Assembly (NCBI GenBank): GCA_965649825.1
Contig: OZ287706.1
Location: 744,001 to 808,000, forward strand
Origin: Penicillus capitatus
Lineage: Eukaryota; Plantae; Chlorophyta
DNA length: 64,000 nucleotides
Direction: 5' to 3'
Below the pieces are notes generated by a model, which saw nothing but the letters and a program-made list of their open reading frames with translations, was not told the origin of the DNA and did not search any database. Below are positions 1 to 11,936 of this stretch, piece after piece; the stretch's first letter is position 1, and each line of letters opens with the position of its first letter. Both the position numbers and the translations under genes were made by a program.

Positions 1-1044
1 CTCTCCTCGATTGTCTCCCCTCAATGAATGCTCTGGCCGTTGTTAGGTATCCAACAGAATATCACGAACGGGACGAGAGAGAAAGGGCGGTAATGACGCG
101 GATGTATAACACACTGAGAGAACAAGATCGAACGAAGTTGAGCGTTATAGGAGTCCGTGTTCTGGATCTCCTCCAATGATCCCCCCAATATTTCATCAAT
201 ATTCCACGACGGGCTCTTCGTCTCTGACTGACAGGATGCAACAACTATGACATCGTTTTCATTCATAAGCTTAGTTTTGGAATTTGCTATCGCCGCAAGA
301 GATGTTAACACAGTGAAGGTGATTTGACGGAGGGGGGCTCGACGTATATCAGCTCAGTCAGCCCGTTGTTTGTTGAGCAATTTTGGCAAGACCATGTCAC
401 GCACAAGATCAACTGTTCATCAACTTTGTTTGCGAGAGGCTTTCCTCGTCGCTTCCTGGGAAAAGGATCTGCCAATTCTTAGGCTTTCCCCAATTTCCTC
501 GATTGAAATGGTATCGTTGCTTTTTTTCGGTGCTTTCGATTTCGAATATCCATCATTCCTACCCATGCCAGAGTACGATAATCATTTGCGTTGTGGTCAG
601 TACCAGAGAGAGGGTTTTGTATCTGAGAAACGTGAGACGTTGCAGAAAACGGTTCCCTTGGCGACAACGATCCGATATGGATGAACCGATTTGGTAACTT
701 CTCAAGACATGTTTTCTGTGTGAGCAGGTATGTGACATAAGTATACTGACCATTCTGTCTTCATAAGTCTCTGCCTATGTAGCACATCTTCATAACAGTC
801 ATATACTTGATGTAAAAAAAATCGACACTCGGTTAACGATCTCGCACGATCCAGACGTCAACGTCGTCGATCGTCTTCGGTTACGCGATGCTGACGCGGA
901 AGGCCTCTTTCAATCCGCGGCTGTTTTGAATTCGGCAAGAAATCTTGTCTCTCTCTCTCTGGTTTTTTGCTGTCCACGTTCCGCGTTTTTTGTAGAATCT
1001 AGCGGAAGAATTTTCGACAAGCACCGTCTTAGGGTTTCAGAACA

Positions 1045-2637
1045 ATGGCGCGTCGTTCGGCGAAGTTTTCGGGGAGTACTCTCGTCACTGTGTGGATGTT
1101 GGCTTATTTCAATGCCGTTTGTCTTGCGAGCAAAGGTCGTAGGCTCGACGTTCTCTTCGCTGCACTCCTAACGGTGTGTATTCCTGTAGAATTGAACACA
1201 TCTACAGAGAGCGGAAATTCGACGGCAGAGACGAATGCATCCGGACTGGCTCCTGAATTTCTTCGCCCTTTCGCTACGCCAGAGGCTTCTGAAGCGCCAT
1301 GTAGCGGAGAGAACTGTCGCAAAGTACGTCGAACGGGATAAGACATCGACGGGCGGCACGCTGCGATGGATGGCTTGTCGATGCCTTCATCGCAGGCGAC
1401 GTCAACAGGAGCAGACTTGATGCGCTTTTTTGCGCAGGGCAAAGGCAAAGGCCGCGTCGTACCAGCGACAAAGCATGATGATGACACGTCGTCGACGGGA
1501 CTTTCAGAATACCCGTTGGCTACGCCGTCGAGAGATGCCGAAGGCCCGACAGAAGAATGTTTCCTCAGTCTTTATCCGTATCTGAAACGCCTCCAACACT
1601 TGAAGAAAAAGGCTTTAGCCCACGTGCGTTTCAAACCCTGAAAAAATGAGTGCGTCATGTGTGAGATGTAGGAGATGGTTCAATCCATGAAAGAGAAGAA
1701 CATTGTCAAAGCCATTCTGCTTCCCCTCTACGGTTTGGGCGTGAATGCAGCACACAATGACGGGGACATCGAAGAGGATCCCATGGGCTTAAACTCAACC
1801 TTACTGCATTGGACAGCTTATCACGATGCCATTGAACATACAGAGGTGAGACATCGATCGATCACTGACAGCAGGAGATCGATGGCAGTGTGGACGCAGA
1901 TGTTGATTCTGAAGGGGGCGGATGTGAATTCAGAGAACAGTAGGTTGTTTTCCCCTCTTCATGTCGCAGCGTGGTATGGACGCACCGCTATCGCAGAGGT
2001 AAACAAGCGACCTCATCACACGATACGGCTCGATCGATCGATGCGGTAGACATGACTCTATCGAGTGGGTCATGGCCACAACGCCGTACGGTCTTGTTAA
2101 GGGGTCGGTTTTGATTGTCCATTTTTTGTGAGCGCACACAGTGGCGTGTCCATTTCCTTGAGCTCTATTCAGTTTTGTGCTTCTGCTTGGAATCTAGATC
2201 TTACTTCTCGCGGGAACAAATGCCAATTCAGCGGCTAAACATTCATGGACACCACTGTACGTTGCTGCACGCGAGGGTCATCTCGACGTCGTCAAAGTGA
2301 TCTCGGCGTTACGGATCTCATCCCATGCTGAATCGCATCCTTGTAGATATTGTTAATTTCTGGGAGCGATCCGAACAGTCGAAGCTTAGTTGGATGGACG
2401 CCACTGCATGTGGCAGCATGGAAGGGTTACATCGATATTTGTGAAGTGCGATGACCCATCCACTTACCCATCATCAATAGCCATCCTTGTACGCTCTAGG
2501 TACTTGTGGATGCCGGGGCGATGGTGAATATGAAGGCGTATAGTGGAGAACTCCCAGTCAATCATATCTGCAGAAGTTTTCAGTCCTCATGCTCAGACAG
2601 AACGCAAAACGCCCTCAAGGAGCTCCTTACCCCATAG
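1045..2637 (+). CDS. Signal-peptide-bearing ankyrin-repeat protein 1 (spliced)
   Basis: Hydrophobic N-terminus (LVTVWMLAYFNAVCLA). ANK repeats TLLHWTAYHD, SPLHVAAWYG, TPLYVAAREG, TPLHVAAWKG are joined by GT-AG introns. Ends HICRSFQSSC...LKELLTP-TAG at 2635-2637. Confidence 0.85.
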
Positions 2638-2960
2638 GAGATGAAATCTCACTATCATTATGACTCGAGTTTTTACTTCTTTTGTTTTGGGTCAGTGAAA
2701 TTAAGACGGTCCCGTCCGTCGAGGATCGATGACAACGCATTACGCCCATGGTGGCAGACATCGCAAATGAAGCTGCATTCCTCATTGTTTGTATGTACGC
2801 ACGTACTTACGTATTCTGTCAGAATTCTTGTGATGACACTGACTTTATTTCAAAACGTCTCTTTATTGGTTAAGGCCCTTTACTTACCATACGGCATAAC
2901 GGTCGAGTCTTTCGGACGCGCTCTTCTCTTTTCTACCTGTTTGTCTCTTCAGCTGTTCCT

Positions 2961-4475
2961 ATGGTTCTGCACGTCGTCGTTGTTCTTATTGCCAGTCATG
3001 CGACGTTGTCCCTTGGAGAGGGGTTTGGTGTCTCTCACAGCACGGTGAAGTTACGCGGTACGCAACGGACGAACGGTTCTCACTCGTGTAACGAATGCTA
3101 TTGTCTTAACAGAGAGCGCGCACAGTTTGTCCTCCTGGCAGCTTGCCATGGAATCCGCCAGAGACATTGTCAAGGTGAGACGTCAGGCGATAGTCGTCGA
3201 AATATCTGCCTGTCCATTGCTCGATGGTACCCTTCACGGATTCTGGCATGTCGCAGAGCATCCCGTGCCATGATAAGAAGAATTCAGAAATTGCAGATCG
3301 CGACGCATATCTTGTTCGTATCTATGGCATTGTATGACAGCATCCATCCAGCATCGATTGCTGGTAGAAAATGGTCTATGCCCTCCGAGCGGACGATGTC
3401 GCGACGGTCACGGAGATTCTCGCTGAAGGAATGGACGCCAATGGGACTTATGTGAACTCAACGATTCACGGGAGACCATTGACTGAGGGATCGACGCTGT
3501 TGCACTGGGCAGCCGTCTATGGCGCTGCTGAGTGCATTCCGGTACGATCACAATCTGCCGAAGCCATCCTCCATCGCCGAAACGCACGATCGCTGCTAGG
3601 TGCTTCTGGATCATGGTGCTGAGATCGACACCTTAACCGACACGCATTTCACACCACTGCACGCGGCGTCACAGAGTGGGCATCTAACAGCCGTGAAAGT
3701 GCGAATCATCTCCTATGGCTCTTTTATTGGTATCGTACGCCGTGGCAGATTCTTGTGCTCAATGACGCCGTTGTCGATGCCTTGAGTACGACAGGGAATA
3801 CGCCTCTTCACGAAGCAGCGAACCGTGGCTACGCATCGATTGTGGAGGTATCGAAAGGACACACGCCTTCCCCTATATCCAATACCCGTTTGGCAGTTTC
3901 TCCTAGAAGCAGGAGCGAAAGTGAACAGGACGAATGACCATGGGAACTCGGCTCTCGAACTTGCAGCGCAATCGGGGCATCTCATCGTCGTCGAAGTGCG
4001 TTTCTTCCAAAACCGCCCAATTCCTGTCTCACTCTTTACAGCAGATGCTCATCGCCAATGAGGCCGATGTAGATCATCAGGACGTTTTCGGATTCACTCC
4101 CCTGCACATGGCAGCCATCAAAGGATTTACGACCATCGTGGAAGTGAGCTTCTCTTGAATACCGTCTTCCGGTATAAACGAGCTGCGCAGGTGCTTGTGT
4201 CGGCCGGAGCGGATCTCGAAATCAAGAATGATGATAGACAAACGCCACTGCACTGTGCGTCGTCTTACGGTCACTTGGATGCTGTTAAGGTGTGCGGCTG
4301 CTTGATTCTGCGGAGATTGGATGAGGTTTTGTTAAAGGTACTCGTAAAGGCTGGTGCTAACAGATCTGCAGACACGGAGGCAGGAATGACGCCTTTTGAT
4401 ATCATATGTGAAGATGCGGCGCCCGAATGCAATTGGAAAACCGAGAAGGCTCTCGGGAAACTGTTGGCTGTTTAA
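2961..4475 (+). CDS. Signal-peptide-bearing ankyrin-repeat protein 2 (spliced, about 6 repeats)
   Basis: MVLHVVVVLIASHATLSLG signal-like start. Five internal 99-nt exons each encode one 33-aa ANK unit (TPLHAAS, TPLHEAA, SALELAA, TPLHMAA, TPLHCAS). C-cap DIICEDAAPEC...LGKLLAV-TAA. Confidence 0.88.
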
Positions 4476-5024
4476 GAACCGTTCGCGATTTTGAATGATC
4501 TTCTCTCGGTATCGGGTGGTCGAATGTTTCCTAACCTATAACACCCGACCGAAAAATGCTTATTCTTAGATCAAGACCAAACCATTTAGTTTCTTTGCAT
4601 GGGCAATGAACTGATGACCCATTCAGATTTCAAGTCTGTAAGAATAGATCTTGTGTTGTTGCCTTTGCTAGAAAGGAATCGGCAAACGATCGAGACTTCG
4701 ATGTCGGATCGCAAGGTGTATGCGGCAACATGGCTATCGGCTGATGAAGGCGCCGAGGCAATCGACGAACATCGATCGGGAGATTCGGCCACGATCGACG
4801 AGACCGAAAAATTCATTCCCTTACTCCGTCGTAGCTTGCACTTTACAAATGCGTGCAAAATCGATACACTGACGCCAATCTGACCGCGATGAAAGATATA
4901 AGAAAGCGGAAGACGTGGGGTGGATGCATGGAAAGAGGTGGTCTGAATCGGTTTGTGTGACGTCGATGAATGGATCTTAGCGCATTCGATCTGTACGATC
5001 GCGGTTCTGCGAAAGGACGACGCC

Positions 5025-5782
5025 ATGATGCTCACGTATTGTTGTGCGATAAGGCATGGACTTCATCGTAGTTGGCCCGTTTCGCATGGCCGGCGATCGA
5101 TCGACCTTTCCGCTTTATCGTGGCATATCGAGAGAGGAACGATCGAGGACGAGACGGAGCTATCGAAGTCTCTTCAAACGGAGAGGTAGCGCTCGAGGGA
5201 CTCACTCCCTCGCCACGAGGAGCTCTTGGTTACTCACCTTTCTAATCGGCGTTATAATTAGAATGAACCCCTTGGGCATCGCCGCCGAACGGTTCTCTGT
5301 TGCAAAGACGGCCGAGGGAGAGATCTTGGGATTCGGTCAAATCGAGGTCTTCGCTGCCCCGCCCTACAGCGAAGTGCGGTCTATGCTTGTCAAAAAAGAA
5401 TTTCGGTGAGAATGTGCCTTTACATGGTGTTACATTTCATCGCCAACGCGTCTGCTAGAGGACAAGGTATTGGCAAGTCGATCTTGGAAAATCTGCTCGA
5501 TAGACCGCAAGTTCAGTCGCCTGTGATCTTGACGACAGTGACAGAGTCGAAAGGATTCTACTTGAAATACGGATTCGAAGAGATCAGATCATTCGACGGC
5601 ATTCCACTGTGCGTATCGAGGACAGACTCTGCGAGGGTGCCGGTGACTATGTTTTACATATTAGGAGAATGATAGTGGAGTGGCTTCTTGGGGTGGTTGT
5701 TGCTCGATTGGTCATAAACCAAGGATGTCTACTGATGCGAAAAGACGATATCGGAACGAAAAGCATTGCCGATGAACAATAG
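5025..5782 (+). CDS. GNAT-family N-acetyltransferase (probably organellar)
   Basis: Spliced ERMNPLG...FGQI, acetyl-CoA motif A (EFR|GQGIGKSIL), FYLKYGF, C-terminal VEWLLGVVVARL. Three GT-AG introns. Confidence 0.8.
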
Positions 5783-6463
5783 CTCGTGTTTTGTTACCAT
5801 CGATGGACAGAATGCACGACAGACCTTGCCGTTTTTGTCGCGTAGAAATCGCAAATAAGCCCATCCGTGATGTCGATCGTTCTCAAAAGAGTATAGAGAA
5901 ATCGATCGCGTCGGAGACGACGATGATTCGGACAGTCGACAACGAATTGTGTCAAATCGTCGATAGATCCGTCATCGCGTCACGTGACTTATACTAATCA
6001 ATTCTCTCGTATCACCTTACTCGCATGACCGCTCCATCTGAAACTCTCTCTATAGTGCTTGTAAAGAGTGAGTCAGCGAGAGACGCATGCTCCTTTCTCT
6101 GATTTCTACACTATGCGATCGATCATACACGATCGATCACATCGCTAGCAGTCATGTAACGCGACCGATCGATGATCGATTCGTTTTTGCACACTGTTTT
6201 AGTGTTCCATCCGTCCCAGGGACGATTGGAAATGGCAGACATGAAATGATCGTCGTTGTCGTTAACGAATGGCACTGTCTTTACACTTTCTTTCTCTTGA
6301 GTCAAATCGTTCTCTGCACCGCACCCTCGAAGTTTCGGAAAGTACACTCCTATGGCGACTATCTCTTCATTAAGAAGCAGATAATGATCGCACGGATCGC
6401 CTTGTGTTATGATACACCTGATGGAGACATCATCGATTCGACACATGCATCTCGATGTCGATG

Positions 6464-7882
6464 CTATGCCAAACCGACTGCTCCGTAACGACTATTTTCG
6501 TAATCCCCATTGAAAGACCCGATGTTCATACTCTGCGTCTGTCGTCGCATCACAGGAATCCGCGGAATGTTCCTCGTATCTGTCGCTTCGCCTTTAATAT
6601 CAATAGACGCACGAAAAGTCGTATCGGGCAGATCGACGATGCGTTTGACGGGTCTGGGCGGCGGACGTGGTTCTTCGATCTCTTCACTATCGGGTATCAA
6701 CGGATGACTTGCCTCGGAGTTACTCGAGGTCAGATGTCGAGAGCGCCAAAAATGTCGGAAAAGGGGAGAGACACATTCCCAGAGCGAGGACGGTGATGGG
6801 ACGGTCGAAATGGTCGACTCGGCAAGATTGGCTTCTACGATGCCGTCTCGTGAGACGACAGTACGTCGCGCCTTCTTGATCTCGACCTCTGTCGGCTGCT
6901 TTCCATCCAGACTGACATCGTCCCTCCACTCCAGCAAACAGGCCAAGACATGCGGTCGATAACTGGCCGAGGCGCAGATGGGATTGCCGGCGAGAGAGAC
7001 GAGACGCAGCGATGAGAGCGTCTTCAATTTCACAATCTCGCGGAGAGACGACAGCACGTTCCATCGCAGATCCGCCTCTTCAAGGCGCTCCAAATTCTGT
7101 ATGCCTTCGAGACAGCGAATGCCGTTGCTTTGAAGAAAGAGACGCCGAACCCCTGTACACAGCGGAATCTCACCCAAACTCGCCAGTCGATTAAAACTGA
7201 GATCCAAAGCGACGAGATGCGTCAAGTGACGCAGATGCTCCGCCTGGAGAATGTCATTCCGACTGAAATCCAGCGACGTCACGTTGTTGGCCAAACTGAG
7301 TGAGGCATCGATTTCTTTGAGATTATTATAGATGCAGGAGAAGTGTCTCAGTTTTGGCCATCGACGTTGCGCCTCGCTGCCGTCCTCTTCGGTCACTTGA
7401 GTGGGCTCCAGTAAATGCCAGAGACGTTCGATGGAGTCTTGGCAGATAATGCACTCGACCGTCGGACGAATCGTCTCCACTCCAGAGGGACAGACAGATG
7501 ACAAATTGCATCCGCGAATCTCAACGGTCATGAGCGATTTGAAGGGTGAGAAGTTGATTGGGGTCGGGTCTCGAACGTCTTGAGCTGCGGAGTAGAGCTT
7601 GAGGTACTTAACGAGGGAGCAAAAGTTTTGCACTTTTTCCATGCGCAAAAAATCGGTCAGGTCCGCAACGGCGCCTGCAAGGAAACGTATCGGATTGGAT
7701 GTCTTGACACGCTGGAGTTGGCGGAGTCCTTCGAGACGTGAGGCGAGACACTCCAGAGCTCTTGGTTGCAGTTTGAAGGCGGAGGAGCTCGAGAGCAGCT
7801 CATCTCCGTGTGCATTAATGAATAGAATCAACTGACGCAGAAACTCTTCTGCCGATGGATGCACTGATGGACGGGAACTCAT
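6464..7882 (-). CDS. LRR protein, STK11IP/LIP1-like
   Basis: Intronless ORF with N-terminal FKLQPRALECLASRL...RDPTPINFSPFKSLMTVEIRGCNLS, matching the plant LIP1/STK11IP type from memory, plus LRRs (LDFSRNDI, LDLSFNRL, LFLQSNGI, LRWNVL, LAGNPI). The 3' end may continue by splicing. Confidence 0.8.
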   Translation of the reverse strand: MSSRPSVHPSAEEFLRQLILFINAHGDELLSSSSAFKLQPRALECLASRLEGLRQLQRVKTSNPIRFLAGAVADLTDFLRMEKVQNFCSLVKYLKLYSAAQDVRDPTPINFSPFKSLMTVEIRGCNLSSVCPSGVETIRPTVECIICQDSIERLWHLLEPTQVTEEDGSEAQRRWPKLRHFSCIYNNLKEIDASLSLANNVTSLDFSRNDILQAEHLRHLTHLVALDLSFNRLASLGEIPLCTGVRRLFLQSNGIRCLEGIQNLERLEEADLRWNVLSSLREIVKLKTLSSLRLVSLAGNPICASASYRPHVLACLLEWRDDVSLDGKQPTEVEIKKARRTVVSRDGIVEANLAESTISTVPSPSSLWECVSPLFRHFWRSRHLTSSNSEASHPLIPDSEEIEEPRPPPRPVKRIVDLPDTTFRASIDIKGEATDTRNIPRIPVMRRQTQSMNIGSFNGDYENSRYGAVGLA

Positions 7883-8025
7883 TTGCGCGCATAACGAGCA
7901 ACAGCGACAACGGACGAGATAAAGGGAACACAACACAGCCGTGATGACAACGACGTTTCTATCCGGCCGCGTCCTATGGACCGTCACATCATGCGTGCAT
8001 CGTGGCGTCACGAGTTATGTGAAAT

Positions 8026-8463
8026 CTATTCGCCGTTGTCGACTGGAATGACTTGGGTCTGGCCAGCGAACAGGAGAGGCGTGATAAGGAGGCGATGTCG
8101 TTGAGCAGAAAGCGCCTTGGCGTTTGAGTGAACCTGCGTGACGGCGGTCGCGTCGACGACAGGACGTAAAGGCGTACGGTTGATTAAGTGACCTCTGTCG
8201 TCGACAATGAACGCTGTTTGGCGTTTTCTACTGCGCAAAGGACAGATCTCTGCGTTGTGGACATAGAGATCGGTCTAGACATCGTTCCTGCTGAACGAAT
8301 CGCACATGCATGTGATACTTTGACTTCTTTCGGCGCTTCCCAGTTTCCGAGCCGCTTCGGGAGATAGGCCGATTCGTATTGGTTCGCTAAAAGTGTAACC
8401 AAGAGTGAGACATGCAATGGAGTGCGTTGTACTTTTGAACGCACCGTTGAAGCTGACCGCCAT
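8026..8463 (-). CDS. CFAP126: Flattop/CFAP126-like cilia protein
   Basis: Spliced MAVSFN|ANQYESAYLPKRLGNWEAP and TAFIVDDRGHL motifs typical of Flattop. Two introns. Confidence 0.75.
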
Positions 8464-8607
8464 CGAGATTCGATTCAACGATGCGCCTCGAAGTTCACGC
8501 ACGTGTCGGAAATGCATGTTGTCTCTCGTTGTGTCCTCGTGGAACGATTCTTAAGTACTGCTAGCTGCATTCGTTGTTCTTTCTTTCCTGTTGTTGCCGG
8601 TTGTCTC

Positions 8608-11600
8608 ATGAATTCTTTACGAGCGTTTCGAATGTTCTTCCTCTTTCTTCTATTCGTATCGGCCAGTACGTGTGTTCCTGTGCCTCCGTGTCTCTGTGCT
8701 GGACCCGAGGGCATTGTGTTGATAGTATTGGCTCGGCCTGTTGCATCCAAACACTGCGGTCATGCGCACGTTCTTGCGAATCTCACTTTGATCAACCGCC
8801 AACACAACGATCACAAGGGAGCGACACATTTTGATCGTCAACAGGTCAAGGAATACGAAAGCTGGGAAACGGAGAACGCTTTTAGCTGCGTTTCGACAGA
8901 GGAGTGGAGAGGGTGGCGATGTTGGATACGCGGCCGACGGAATGCGCATACGCGTCAATTACCAACTCGAAGAGCAGGATGTTGCAATCAGAGAGTTTCT
9001 GATGCGCAAACTCGTGCCCGCTGCGATTTCGATCGTCGAATCGACGATTCAGGTATCGATTCTCGATCAGGAATCGTCGAAAAGATCGAACTTCTTAGGT
9101 CAAACGTCCGATTGAAGGCAATCTGCAGCTGCCTCGATACTGCATTCTTTACTACAGGAGTTACCCAGAAGAGTGTTTAGAAATGCAGCCAAGTGGGAAT
9201 CGGGATAACGAAGAGTGGGCATTCTGTGGCCATGCCGTTCACAACGATGCCTTTTTCGAATCCTACAGAACCTGCACCACCGTGACACCCAACAACCCCA
9301 CACAAGGATTCACATGCGAGACACGCGCCACGCCGGGAGTCGAGGAGAGTGATTTCGTTCTCTACGTCACGGCAGTCGAAAGCTCTTACTGCGAATCCGC
9401 TGCCGCCTATGCGATGTATTGCTCTTTGGATCGCGAGACTAATCGTCCTCTCGCCGGATCCATAAACTTCTGCCCGTCCAGTTTGTCGTCCGCACTGAGC
9501 GATTTTGAACACCAAGTCGAAGTGGCAGTTCATGAGCTGCTGCACACACTGGTTATTCACTTGTTGCCCTTGAGCAAGGGTGACATGCGCCCTAGGTCTT
9601 TTCGGAATCGCTGTTCGACAAATTTATCGATCAAGATGGCGAAACGATTCCGATCGATCAAGTGCTTCGAACGGAAGTAGACGGACAGCGTATCGTAAAG
9701 AAGATCATTACTCCAAAAGTAAAAGAGCAAGCACGGGAGCATTACGGATGTCCGACGTTGGACGGCGCCGAGCTCGAAGATGAAGGTGGCCCAGGAACTG
9801 CCGGAAGTCACTGGGAGACCCGAACCCTAAAAGTGCGCCCCGCGTTCAACGTCGACTTGATCATCGATCATCGATCAGGGAGAATTGATGGACGGTATGT
9901 CTGGCGTGAACATCCCGTCAGATCGCCATGCCTTATCTCCCTTTACCCTTGCCTTGCTCGAAGACAGCGGGTGGTACTCAGTCAACTGGAATGCCACGGT
10001 GACCGATCGAACACGATGGTGCTGATGCACACGGTATGCGATTCTGGTCTAGGGCTCGTTGTCGTGGGGTAGAAACGCAGGCTGTTCGTTTGCTGAAGAT
10101 CCATGCGACGTTTACATCGACAAACACAGAGATCAACGGTGGTTCTGCTCGATACCTGGAAGCAGTGCCTGCACAGCAGATCTTCACGCTTATGGACGAT
10201 GTCGGTCGGACATTCTCCTCAATGGCTGCCATGTCGTAGCGCCCTATTCGAACGTCGACTGCAAACAGTCAACCCATGCACCCAGTACACACTAGTATGA
10301 TAAGACGCGAATCCGATCAATTACCGCGTAGGCATGTCTGTGGACTGGGGTTCGCGATTTGGACCTTCATCTTACTGTCTAGCTATAGAGACGCCGATGA
10401 CGCATAGCGTTGCCTACCCTGGCGGATCGATCCAGACGACACGATCTGCCAGAAGCGGCGATTGTTTCGCAGTGGAATGCGAGAATGGAGTATATCACAT
10501 TGACGTGCTTGGTCAATCTATTGCTTGCGATGACAGGGAGCTGACCGTATGGCTTCCCGACGTGTTTCCTAACTTCGTCTCGGGAGGCATTAAGTGTCCA
10601 CGACAAGAGCCCGTTTGTGTCTCGTCTGGATGTCCGGCCGATTGCTCTGGTCACGGATGGTGCAGAGAAGGCACATGCTTCTGTCACTTGGGATACACAG
10701 GTGAAATCGCTCGCTCTCGGTCATGCGTTGGCATCTGAGTTGTGTACTAGGGATCGACTGTTCGATACGGTTGTGTAATCGTCAATCGAGTTACTGCCTA
10801 TGTGCACTCGACGGCGATCGAGATTACGGAACGTGCATGCCTGGTACGGATGGTATGGAACAGATCATGAAATCCGGTGATCTCCTGTCCGAAACGACGA
10901 TGAAGTCGATCAAGGCACGCTTCGCATTCTGATCGACGACGTTTACTTAATCTTTCCGGATCAGGTCGAATTCAATATCGAATCGGCGGCGATCGAACAG
11001 ATCGAAACGTCTGTGCCGCAAGCACTGAGCAGCATCCTGGCAAACACAACTCTGGAAGATATTTACGTTCTCGGCATTCGTTGGGAGGCAGATACGTCGA
11101 CGGATCACAGTTCGAGCTTGTCGCAACAAACGGTCCCTCCAAGACAATATTGCCATCGACAACAGAACAGTCGGTACCTCTAGGTGACTGTCAGCATTTC
11201 AACAGCGAACAGTGTCGATCTGAAAGCGAAACTGACCGACGCAGCTATCTCTGGCGATCTGGCCGACGCTTTTAGCAGCAAAGGCATTCACTACATCGAA
11301 GGATCGATCGAAGTTTTCGACGCCGAAGAGGCACCGGGTAAGATCGCTTATGTATTGCTCGTTCTCTTACTTTCTAGAACAGATTCTGAAGAACTGCCGA
11401 AGGAAGACAGTGATGGTGTCGCTCTTGAAGTGATGCTTGGTGTCGGCGGCTTCGGCACAGTGATTTTTGTGATCATCGTCCTTTGCCGAATCCATCGAGT
11501 GCGGCAAAGACTCAGAAGAGTCCCAACAACTTATGACCGTACCGATCAGGCTGAAGTAATTCACAGAAGTCACACCTTTTCGATTGATTTCTCGCCTCGT

Positions 11601-11636
11601 TCTTCGAGTCCCTTAAACCGAAATGTACGTCTTTGA
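8608..11636 (+). CDS. Leishmanolysin-like (M8) metallopeptidase with EGF-like domain and C-terminal TM helix
   Basis: Signal peptide plus KHCGH propeptide; zinc motif VAVHELLHTL (~9530); ELEDEGGPGTAGSHWE; EGF-like CPADCSGHGWCREGTCFCHLGYTG; TM VMLGVGGFGTVIFVIIVLC. Confidence 0.9.
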
Positions 11637-11936
11637 AACGCCTTTTTTCTGTTCTGAACGACTGCGATCTGTGCCGCAATGTTAATCATGATCATCATCA
11701 CACTTGACTCCGATCGATCGTTCGCGCGAAACGACTCAAATGATCGCTGTCTCTCTTTCGCCGATCTCTCTCGTAGCAGCGGTGGACAATTGCACGCGCC
11801 GAATGATCGTTGAGATTCCGTCCGAATCGATAGTTGTTGGCCAACCGCGATCAACGTGGCGTCAATGAGTGGATCTCGATCAGTTCGTATATCGCCTGCC
11901 CGTCATGTCCTCACAGAACTGTCCACATTTCCCAGT

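Noticed and set aside
1-755. Possible minus-strand gene (ATG followed directly by a GT intron near 753)
   Set aside because: No recognisable product and no consistent exon chain within the window.
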